DNA of 64,000 nt. It comes from Candidatus Thermosaccharophagus tengchongensis (lineage in GTDB: Bacteria > Armatimonadota > Fervidibacteria > Fervidibacterales > Thermosaccharophagaceae). Positions 28,160 to 36,021 of this stretch are shown here, in pieces. Position 1 is the stretch's first letter, and each line of letters starts with the position of its first letter. Where the stretch lies: the NCBI GenBank assembly GCA_032161105.1, contig JAVHTD010000002.1. One strand, given 5' to 3'. Both the position numbers and the translations under genes were made by a program. The notes below the pieces were generated by a model. The model did no database searches, had not been told where the DNA came from, and saw nothing but the letters and a program-made list of their open reading frames with translations.

Positions 28160-30592
28160 TCAATCGCTACTGCCATTTGGAGCGGTTGCTTCGGCTGGAG
28201 CAAACTCAGCTTCAACTCTTTCCATTACCCAACTTCGCTTGCTGTATGCGACTGCTCCGGCAAGGAGCGCAAAGGCTATAAGCACAACTATTGCCCTGAC
28301 GATGGGTGATATCTCATGTGCGAATATAGGGGCTATCAAAATGCCCACAAGGTTCATCACTTTGATCAACGGGTTGAGTGCGGGTCCGGCTGTGTCTTTG
28401 AATGGATCTCCGACTGTGTCCCCAATCACCGCTGACTTGTGGAACTCAGTCCCCTTCCCACCGAACAAGCCGGCTTCAATCTTCTTCTTTGCGTTGTCCC
28501 ACGCACCACCTGCATTGGCCATGAGCACAGCAAGCAGCTGACCTGTGACAATCGCCCCACCGAGGAAGCCACCGAGTGCTGCTGCGCCGACTTTCGTCCC
28601 CATGAAGCTCAATGCGAATGCCGTAAGTATCGGTGAGCACACCGCAAGTATTCCGGGACCAAGCAACTCTCTTTGTGCAGCTGCTGTGCTTATCGCAACG
28701 CACCTTCCATAGTCTGGCTTTTCCTTCCATTCCATTATCCCGGGTCTCTCCCTGAATTGCCTCCTCACTTCCTCAATCAGCTGGAAGGCTGCTCTGCTCA
28801 CAGCTCTTATCGCGAACGAAGAGAACAGGAATGGGACTGCAGCTCCAATGAGCAACCCGATGAATACCTCTGGCTGGTCAATTGATATTCCGAGCACACG
28901 CCCAATGAAGCCGTGGCTTTCGCTTGCGGCGCTAACAAGCCCTGCTGCCTCTGTGAATGACCTGAAGAGAGACACAGCAGCTATGACTGCGGTCGCAATC
29001 GCAAAGCCCTTTGTGAGCGCCTTCGTTGTGTTTCCGACTGCATCAAGCTTTGCCACCATCCTTGCGGCTCTCTCATTCCTCGTTGCTTCGTCCCTGAGTG
29101 CTCCCGACATCTCATAGATGCCGTGAGCGTTATCCGAGATTGGACCGTAGGTGTCCATTGCGAGTATGAAGCCAGTTGTTGCAAGCAGTCCCAAGCCAGT
29201 CAGCGAAATGCCGTAAGCCGACATGAGCACATCCCCAGCGAAGATGATGAGTGATGCGAATATGGTCATTGCTATTGCAACTATTGCCCAGACGGTTGAT
29301 TCAAGTCCCGTGGCAAACCCTTCAAGGATGAGTGTTGCTGTTCCGGTCTTCGTTGAGTATGCAATCTCAGTGACGGGGCGGCGCTCAGTTGATGTGAAAT
29401 ACTCCGTCAGCCATCCGGTTATGACGGCGAGGACGATGCCCATCGTATTCGCTGCGAAGAAACGCCACCAACCTATTGGTTCGCCCGTGTTCACATTCAC
29501 GATGTTACGCAGGTAAAGAAAGCTGACAAGCGCAAAACCAAATATGCTCAATGCTGCCGAGCTCCAGAAGCCGACATTGATTGGTTGCATCGGGTCCATT
29601 TCCTCCTCATCCCTTCCCCTAACAAGCCATGTGCCTATGACCGAAGCTATGACGCCAACGGCTCGCACGAAGAAGGCATACATGATCAGCTTGAGCGCTC
29701 CGGCTTCACCAACAACGCTCAATGCGCCGTAGCCAAGGAGAATCGCTGCCACCAGTGTCACTTCATATGACTCAAACACATCCGCAGCCATACCGGCGCA
29801 ATCGCCAACATTGTCACCGACATTGTCAGCTATTACCGCTGCATTCCTCGGGTCATCTTCCGGTATGCCCTTTTCAACCTTCCCGACAAGGTCAGCGCCG
29901 ACATCTGCAGCTTTGGTGTATATTCCGCCGCCGACTCGCATGAACAGCGCAGCGAGACATCCGCCAAATCCAAATCCAACAAGCACCTTCATTGCGTTCT
30001 CTCGGAAGACGAGAAAGATGATGCACGCTCCGAGCAATCCCAATCCGACTGTGAACATTCCGGAGACTGTCCCAGCTTGGAAGGCTATCTCCAAAGCCTT
30101 CTTAAACGAACCGAGTGCAGCCATCGCAACCCTGTTATTGCCATTCACCGCTGCATACATTCCGACATAGCCAGCCGAGTAGGAAGCGAACACGCCCATC
30201 AAGAATGCCAAGCCAATCCCGATGGCGATATATGGTCCGTAGTCCGGCAAAGGCATGTAAACGAGGATTAGCACTATCGTGATTCCGATCACGAACCATA
30301 TCATCGTGCGGAACTGTCGTCTCAGGTATGCAAACGCCCCCTCCTTAATGGCTTGATTGACTTGGCGCATTGCCGGTGTGCCCGGGTCTTCTCTCAGCAC
30401 TTTGCGTATCAAGTAGTAACCGTATGCGAGGGCACCGATAGCTGTTACGAGCACAAACAGCAGCACATGGATTTCGCTCTGTGAGAACGGTGGAAGCTTA
30501 ATTTTTCCCTCTTGGGCGAGAGCGTTGGAAAGCGCCAACGGGAGTGCGCACATCACTGCATACATCCATCTGTGCCTGCGCATATCCTTCAC
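28160..30592 (-). CDS. hppA: membrane-bound proton-translocating pyrophosphatase (K+-independent type by motif)
   Basis: GGGIYTKAADVGADLVGKVE, DNVGDNVGDCAGMAADVFESY and GDTVGDPFKDTAGPALN are the PPase signatures. AVGNTTKALTKG carries Lys at the position that distinguishes K+-independent enzymes. Confidence 0.93.
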   Translation of the reverse strand: MKDMRRHRWMYAVMCALPLALSNALAQEGKIKLPPFSQSEIHVLLFVLVTAIGALAYGYYLIRKVLREDPGTPAMRQVNQAIKEGAFAYLRRQFRTMIWFVIGITIVLILVYMPLPDYGPYIAIGIGLAFLMGVFASYSAGYVGMYAAVNGNNRVAMAALGSFKKALEIAFQAGTVSGMFTVGLGLLGACIIFLVFRENAMKVLVGFGFGGCLAALFMRVGGGIYTKAADVGADLVGKVEKGIPEDDPRNAAVIADNVGDNVGDCAGMAADVFESYEVTLVAAILLGYGALSVVGEAGALKLIMYAFFVRAVGVIASVIGTWLVRGRDEEEMDPMQPINVGFWSSAALSIFGFALVSFLYLRNIVNVNTGEPIGWWRFFAANTMGIVLAVITGWLTEYFTSTERRPVTEIAYSTKTGTATLILEGFATGLESTVWAIVAIAMTIFASLIIFAGDVLMSAYGISLTGLGLLATTGFILAMDTYGPISDNAHGIYEMSGALRDEATRNERAARMVAKLDAVGNTTKALTKGFAIATAVIAAVSLFRSFTEAAGLVSAASESHGFIGRVLGISIDQPEVFIGLLIGAAVPFLFSSFAIRAVSRAAFQLIEEVRRQFRERPGIMEWKEKPDYGRCVAISTAAAQRELLGPGILAVCSPILTAFALSFMGTKVGAAALGGFLGGAIVTGQLLAVLMANAGGAWDNAKKKIEAGLFGGKGTEFHKSAVIGDTVGDPFKDTAGPALNPLIKVMNLVGILIAPIFAHEISPIVRAIVVLIAFALLAGAVAYSKRSWVMERVEAEFAPAEATAPNGSSD

Positions 30593-30881
30593 TCCTTTTG
30601 GCTCATGGTGGGCAATCTATGGCATGCTTTTGGACTCACAAAACAAGCCGCCCTTGATCGCGGCTTCAAACTGCGTCAAGTTATTCGGTAATTATAGCGC
30701 ACCTAATTCACCCTCTTGTGAGAACCGAATGCGAATGGAAGCGCAGTTAAACAGCCAACATAACCATTGCAGGCAGCAGCATGATTACTCATGCTATTTA
30801 TCTCTTTGCGTTGAACGGTGCCCGTTAGGTTGATGTGAAAAGGGAGTGGGGCAAGCCATCGCTTTAAGGCAAAAAGAGTTG

Positions 30882-30954
30882 TGGCCCCACCGGGATTTGA
30901 ACCCGGGTTTCGGGACTGAGAATCCCGCGTCCTCGGCCGCTAGACGATGGGGCC
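30882..30954 (-). tRNA. tRNA-Glu (anticodon CTC)
   Basis: The reverse complement GGCCCCATCGTCTAGCGGCCGAGGACGCGGGATTCTCAGTCCCG...GGTTCAAATCCCGGTGGGGCCA folds as a cloverleaf. The anticodon loop is TTCTCAG. Confidence 0.9.
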
Positions 30955-31137
30955 ACAAGCACAATCATCGTTTTCATTTTGTATCAACCATGCGCGATTG
31001 TAAAGTGTGCGGCGCGCGTCTCGCGGCGCTACACTGTGGGTGAACGGCGTGCTTTGTAGGATGCGCATGGGCTTTGGCGTTGTGCACCATGTCTGCAGCG
31101 CCGAAGCTAAAGGCTCACTTGTGGGGGTGTGACGGGG

Positions 31138-32217
31138 ATGCTGTATAAGGAGGATTGGGAAAAGGCACTGGAGCGTTGGGAGGCGTTCTGGCAAAGGGAA
31201 ATCGTTGACCGACCTGTGATCTGTGTAACAGCTCCTCGCGAGAAGCCGCTGCCGCACAAACCCGTAAGAGCAGCGCATTCAATTGAACAGCGCTGGCTTG
31301 ACATCTCGCTTCGTATTGAGATGGCTGAGGCGGAGTTTGCGTGCACATTCTATGGCGGTGAGGCATTTCCGAACTTCTGGTGCAACTTGGGTCCGGGATA
31401 CATGGCGACATTCATCGGGGCTGTGCCGAGGTTCACCGAAACAACGGTGTGGTTTGAAACGCCGATGGATTGGGACAGAGTTATGGAGTGCTTGCACTAT
31501 GATGAGCAAAACAAGTGGTGGCAGTTTGTGAGAAGCCTCACAGAGGAAGCAGCAAAGCACTTCCAAGGTAAAGCCTTCGTTGGCATGACCGACCTGGGTG
31601 GCGTCACCGACATACTTGCTTCGTTAAGGGGCACGCTCAACTTGCTTGAGGACTTTGTTATGGAACCGACGAAGGTGAGGAGGGCTTCAGAGCGCATCAC
31701 TCATCTTTGGTTTCGCTACTACGGTGAATTGGACGAACTGCTGCAAAGGTATATGTATGGGCGAAGTGCTTGGATGGGGCTTTGGTGCAGTGACACTTGG
31801 TATCCAATACAATGCGACTTCTCTTACATGATCTCGCCGAGGCAGTTTGAGGAACTTGTCTTGCCGTTTCTTGGAGAACAGTGCCGTTGGCTTGATCACT
31901 CGGTTTACCACTGGGACGGTATTGGGCAGCTTGTGCACCTTGACCTGCTTCTGTCAATCCCTGAGCTGGATGCAATTCAATGGACTCCGGGAGCCGGAAA
32001 GCCGCCTGTGGATGACCCACAATGGTTTCCATACTACAAGCGCATACAGGACGCTGGGAAGGGAGTCGTGTTGCTCGGAGTTGCGCCGCAGAATGTTGAG
32101 AGAGTGTTAAGCGAGTTATCACCGAGGGGCTTGATGCTTAGCGTGCATTGCTCATCGGAGCAGGAAGCGAAAGATCTACTCAAGCTCGCCGAGAAGCTAT
32201 GCGCAGCATCTCATTGA
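31138..32217 (+). CDS. hypothetical protein, possibly uroporphyrinogen-decarboxylase-like (URO-D fold) TIM-barrel protein
   Basis: Clean 360-codon ORF with a GGGGG RBS before ATG 31138. Its overall pattern (N-terminal WEKALERWEAFWQREIVDRP, later DLGGVTDILASLRG, IQWTPGAG) recalls URO-D/MtaA-like proteins. This is a weak, memory-based call. Confidence 0.4.
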   Translation: MLYKEDWEKALERWEAFWQREIVDRPVICVTAPREKPLPHKPVRAAHSIEQRWLDISLRIEMAEAEFACTFYGGEAFPNFWCNLGPGYMATFIGAVPRFTETTVWFETPMDWDRVMECLHYDEQNKWWQFVRSLTEEAAKHFQGKAFVGMTDLGGVTDILASLRGTLNLLEDFVMEPTKVRRASERITHLWFRYYGELDELLQRYMYGRSAWMGLWCSDTWYPIQCDFSYMISPRQFEELVLPFLGEQCRWLDHSVYHWDGIGQLVHLDLLLSIPELDAIQWTPGAGKPPVDDPQWFPYYKRIQDAGKGVVLLGVAPQNVERVLSELSPRGLMLSVHCSSEQEAKDLLKLAEKLCAASH

Positions 32218-32340
32218 TGCTTTGGATAGTTCGTCAGGCGTGAGCGCGGTGATGGCAGGCGGTGCATTGCGCATGGTCATCTTGAGTTTGAGTTTCGCTC
32301 AATCGCTATGCGTATGGCTTCCCCTCACGGTGAAGTTGGG

Positions 32341-32790
32341 ATGCGCTGCATATACACAGTTGGGCACAGCACTCGCACACCTGAGGAGATGAAGCATCTC
32401 CTTAAGACATACGGTATAGAGGTCGTTGTTGATGTGCGCCGTTTCCCAAAGAGCACCAAGTTCCCCCACTTCAATCGTGAGACAATTGAGGTGTGGCTGA
32501 GCGAGGCAGGCATCAAATATGTTTGGCTTGGGGGCAAGCTCGGCGGCTATAGGAAGGGCGGTTATGAAGCGTATATGAACACGCCGGACTTTGAGAGTGG
32601 CATACAGGAGTTGGAGCATATTGCCGAGGCGAATTCCAGCGCTGTAATGTGCGCTGAGCGTTTTCCTTGGAAGTGTCACCGAAGGTTTATAGGAGCGGCA
32701 CTTCAAAATCGCGGTTGGAAAGTCATCCACATCATTGATGAAACTCGCGTCTGGGTCCCTCAAGGTGACAAAAGCCCTCATTCGCTTTGA
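32341..32790 (+). CDS. DUF488 family protein
   Basis: IYTVGHSTRTPEEMKHLLKTYGIEVVVDVRRFPKSTKFPHFNRE...GIKYVWLGGKLGG and CAERFPWKCHRRFI match the DUF488 pattern. Confidence 0.8.
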   Translation: MRCIYTVGHSTRTPEEMKHLLKTYGIEVVVDVRRFPKSTKFPHFNRETIEVWLSEAGIKYVWLGGKLGGYRKGGYEAYMNTPDFESGIQELEHIAEANSSAVMCAERFPWKCHRRFIGAALQNRGWKVIHIIDETRVWVPQGDKSPHSL

Positions 32791-32975
32791 TCCGATTCGC
32801 GCCCCTCCTTCTCCGCTCTCTCTTGCTTTGGTGGCTCCTCATCTTCACGCACAGCGCGTTTGAACTCCCTTATGCCTTTGCCGAGAGCGCCCATAAGCTG
32901 GGGTAGGCGTGACGCGCCGAACAGCAGCACAATAGCGCCAGCAATGAGCAGCGCTTCCGTCACTCCGATTGACAT
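32778..32975 (-). CDS. tatA: twin-arginine translocase TatA/TatE family subunit
   Basis: A single TM helix is followed by an amphipathic helix: EALLIAGAIVLLFGASRLPQLMGALGKGIREFKRAV. The tail is acidic. Confidence 0.88.
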   Translation of the reverse strand: MSIGVTEALLIAGAIVLLFGASRLPQLMGALGKGIREFKRAVREDEEPPKQERAEKEGRESDQSE

Positions 32976-33102
32976 CGTCCCTCACCTCTGCATTACATTG
33001 GATGTTTTTCGCCATCCGACCTCCCAAATCAACGGAGCATTAGCACCATATCCATTCAAGTCCCTCATGGGTTCAAGGCCAGTGCCGCAAACATGACCCA
33101 AG

Positions 33103-34377
33103 TCAGTTATCCATCACCCTACCTTTGATATCCCTGTATGCGCAGACTTTGTTTCGCCCAGTTTGCTTAGCCACATACAGAGCCTTATCGGCGGCTTCAA
33201 TCAACCCCACCGAATCTTGAGCATCCTCTGGGAAGGTTGCAACACCGGCACTTATTGTGATGTGCAACTTTTCTCCCTCACGCGATTCAAAGGCAGTCTG
33301 CTCAACTGCTCTGCGGATGCGCTCTGCAAGCGCGAGCGCTCCGTTTAAATCCGTGTATGCGCAAATGATCAAGAATTCCTCCCCACCATACCTTCCCACC
33401 AAATCGGACGCACGAGCTATATTGGTCAATAGCCTTGCCAACCCTTGGAGAACCCTATCGCCCGTCAGATGACCGTGTATATCGTTGAATCTTTTGAAGT
33501 GGTCTATGTCTAACATGACGGCGGAGAGTGGGTAGTTGTAGCGCTTTGCCCTCGCAAATTCAATCTCAAGATGCCTCTCAATGTGCCGCCTGTTTGCGAT
33601 CCCAGTTAGGGCGTCCGTTAAGGAAAGCCTTTCCATCTGCTCATAAAGCCTTGCTCGCTCAAGTGCAATGGCAGCTTGCTGTGCAATCAGTTCAAGCGAT
33701 CGCAGGTCGGACATAGTGAACCTGCGTTTGCTATCCTCAACTAAAAGGACACCCTGAACACCTTTCGTGGAAGTCAGCGGGACGCACATGAGCGATAGCG
33801 AAGTGGAATTGAATCTCCCCCCATTGGGTGGGGGTAGTATGAACGGCTTTCCAGTTAACGCTGCACGCGCAACTACTCCATCTTGGTCACTCATAAGCGA
33901 GTATCGTCTCTGGGGGCGTTTCTCACTGTGCGGATGTGAGGCGACTTCCTCAAGATGCTGTCCGTCATCTGAGACCATGAATACACGCCCCGTCTCTGCG
34001 CCGAACATTTGAATAACCTCATCAAGCAGTGTCTTTGCGACTCCGTCGGCATCCGGCGCTGCTGCGATTGATTTAAGCACCTCGGTGAGCCTTTGGAGTT
34101 GCACCATCAGTTCGTTCAGTTCCTTTATTTCTTGGCGCATGTTCACAATGGTTGTTCGCGCCTCAGCGACCTCACCTTGAAGGCGCTCCATGCGCCTCTC
34201 AACAACCTCGGTGCAGACCCACAGGAACAGAGCCACAGTCAATGCTATGGCAGTTGAGAGAGCGCCCATTATTAGTGCAAAGGCACCCTCACCGAATGTG
34301 CCAACTGCGGCGCATATTGCGCATCCAAACAACACTATGGAGAGCACTTTTAATCGCTCGGATGAGATGCGTTCCAT
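33103..34377 (-). CDS. membrane-anchored GAF-GGDEF diguanylate cyclase
   Basis: Two N-terminal TM helices, a coiled coil and a GAF-like region are followed by LTGIANRRH...MLDIDHFKRFNDIHGHLTGD...RASDLVGRYGGEEFLII (GGEEF active site with an RxxD I-site). Confidence 0.88.
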   Translation of the reverse strand: MERISSERLKVLSIVLFGCAICAAVGTFGEGAFALIMGALSTAIALTVALFLWVCTEVVERRMERLQGEVAEARTTIVNMRQEIKELNELMVQLQRLTEVLKSIAAAPDADGVAKTLLDEVIQMFGAETGRVFMVSDDGQHLEEVASHPHSEKRPQRRYSLMSDQDGVVARAALTGKPFILPPPNGGRFNSTSLSLMCVPLTSTKGVQGVLLVEDSKRRFTMSDLRSLELIAQQAAIALERARLYEQMERLSLTDALTGIANRRHIERHLEIEFARAKRYNYPLSAVMLDIDHFKRFNDIHGHLTGDRVLQGLARLLTNIARASDLVGRYGGEEFLIICAYTDLNGALALAERIRRAVEQTAFESREGEKLHITISAGVATFPEDAQDSVGLIEAADKALYVAKQTGRNKVCAYRDIKGRVMDN

Positions 34378-34562
34378 TCACTTCACCGTGAAGGCTCCAA
34401 TTGATGAGTGATGCTGTCATAAAGTATGCCGCCATGCAGTGGCTTTTGCTTTGGCAATTGCCTCTGGCAGCCTATCCCCTAAGTTTGCAATCGTGCGGCG
34501 TGTGCGCAATAATAAAGTGTGAAGCCAACTGCAGCCTGCCAAAATTCAATCCCACCGCTCAT

Positions 34563-34647
34563 GCCGACGTGGCGGAAATGGCAGACGCGCTGGCCTCAGG
34601 AGCCAGTGGGCAAAAAGCCCGTGCGGGTTCGACTCCCGCCGTCGGCA
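34563..34647 (+). tRNA. tRNA-Leu (anticodon CAG), class II with long variable arm
   Basis: GCCGACGTGGCGGAAATGGCAGACGCGCTGGCCTCAGGAGCCAGTGGGCAAAAAGCCCGTGCGGGTTCGACTCCCGCCGTCGGCA folds as a cloverleaf. The anticodon loop is CTCAGGA. Confidence 0.92.
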
Positions 34648-34670
34648 TATTTTGTTTGCCACCGAGTCGC

Positions 34671-35441
34671 TCATTTCCGTTGCCCCTTGTAGCTGCGCTT
34701 AACTATCACTTCCCATTGGCGTTCGCCATGCAAGCGGGAGCAAATCACATAATGCCCATCATCCTCAAGCGCCTCTGGAAGCTGCTTTAATGAGCGCTCG
34801 CAGTCAAATACGATGCTCACCACTTGCCCGGGCTGCATGCGTTCAAGCTCCTCTTTCGCCCGTATGATGCTGAATGGCAATACCTCGCCCCTCAAATCAA
34901 TCTGCGCATCTGGATTTGCATTGGCAGCGGGCGCGCCGGCGTGGATGAATGCATCATCAACCACAACGATATCAAGTTCCGTGAAGCCATTCACATGTCC
35001 GTCTGCTACTTCTCCGGTGTATCGCCACGCCCGAGCTGCTGTCACTTCACCATTAGACACGCTCACGATCAGGTAAACCAAACTTTCCCATGCCGATTTG
35101 GAATCAGTCAAGGACGGGATGGGCGGCACATTCGGATGCGAATGATAAACCCCGATCCAATCAGCGCCCTGTGCCTTTGCCCCAGTTATGGCTGTGAGTA
35201 TCACATGTGGTTCAATCTCGTATCTGTCACTCTTTTGCCCTTTGTGGGCATTTCTTGCCGAGAACGCCTTTATAACTCCCCATGTGGTCTCATCAATCTT
35301 TCTTCCGATGAGCAGCCCACAGCACTCATTTGGGTAGGTGAGAAGGGAGTGCACTTTGATTCTGGTATATGCTGACAGCGGCAGCAGCACCTGTCCTTTG
35401 CGCATTGCGCCATTCACAAATGCGCTCTTGGTGTCGTCCAT
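34671..35441 (-). CDS. JAMM/MPN+ metalloprotease domain fused to a TusA/SirA-like domain lacking the conserved Cys
   Basis: The N-terminal half has YPNECCGLLIG and the exact JAMM motif HSHPNVPPIPSLTD (HxH-x7-S-xx-D). The C-terminal IDLRGEVLPFSIIRAKEEL...GQVVSIVFDCERSLKQLPEALEDDGHYV follows the TusA pattern, but with LP where TusA has CP. Confidence 0.75.
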   Translation of the reverse strand: MDDTKSAFVNGAMRKGQVLLPLSAYTRIKVHSLLTYPNECCGLLIGRKIDETTWGVIKAFSARNAHKGQKSDRYEIEPHVILTAITGAKAQGADWIGVYHSHPNVPPIPSLTDSKSAWESLVYLIVSVSNGEVTAARAWRYTGEVADGHVNGFTELDIVVVDDAFIHAGAPAANANPDAQIDLRGEVLPFSIIRAKEELERMQPGQVVSIVFDCERSLKQLPEALEDDGHYVICSRLHGERQWEVIVKRSYKGQRK

Positions 35442-35680
35442 TCAAACACCCTCCTTAATGTGGTTTAACCCGCGCCGAGATGCTGCCCTGCTTATGCTCG
35501 CACTATCTGATGCGATGAGGATTAGCCAAAACTCATGCATGACACCCATCATCATGCTAAGCTTTGATTTGATGAATGTTCGCTACCTCAGTGTATCGCG
35601 CGGAGGGCAGCGAGGCGAAACCTTTTAAGCGTCTCGTCGTCTAATGACATTGGCACATTGTTGGTGGCTTTCAACCCGTG

Positions 35681-35710
35681 TTGACGGAGGGATAACTGTT
35701 CGGGTATAAT
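35681..35710 (+). promoter_or_regulatory. predicted sigma-70-type promoter (TTGACG - 18 nt - TATAAT)
   Basis: -35 TTGACG is at 35681-35686 and -10 TATAAT at 35705-35710. It faces the sigma factor gene about 300 nt downstream. Confidence 0.55.
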
Positions 35711-35716
35711 TAGGAA

Positions 35717-36021
35717 GTGACCGTATGCCACTTCCGAGCGATGAACCATTCCAATTCAAAAGGCGAAGCTTGTCTCCCAAAGAGTGAAGTGTGGCGGTCG
35801 CTGCGTCTATAAGGCAGATGGCAGCGACGCTCGCAAATGCTGCGCTGTGTTACATGAGCCGCTCTTAAAGTGCCAATCTGAAGTTGAGGGGCAAAGAGGG
35901 GATTTGCCGTGTGAGACAAGGCGGTTTGTTGACTGCACAGAGCAAAATCACCTATCCAGTTGCAGTGAGCTGTGATGGCACTTAATGTTGCCTGTCTGAT
36001 AGCCATTTGGAGGTGACGAAA
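35717..36021 (+). promoter_or_regulatory. long (about 300 nt) structured 5' leader of the sigma factor gene (candidate cis-regulatory RNA)
   Basis: No credible ORF is present. Hand-found helices are 35797-35804/35821-35828 (8 bp), 35890-35895/35903-35908 (6 bp), 35932-35937/35961-35966 (6 bp), and an enclosing 8-bp helix 35868-35875/35976-35983 just upstream of the GGAGGTG RBS. Confidence 0.35.

Noticed and set aside
34401-34790. 129-aa plus-strand ORF
   Set aside because: It runs straight through tRNA-Leu(CAG) and into the antisense of the JAMM gene, so it is not a plausible coding region.
35713-35735. 7-bp hairpin GGAAGTG...CACTTCC right after the sigma gene promoter
   Set aside because: It overlaps the predicted transcription start (~35717), so its 5' arm is probably not in the RNA. 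I did not count it as leader structure.
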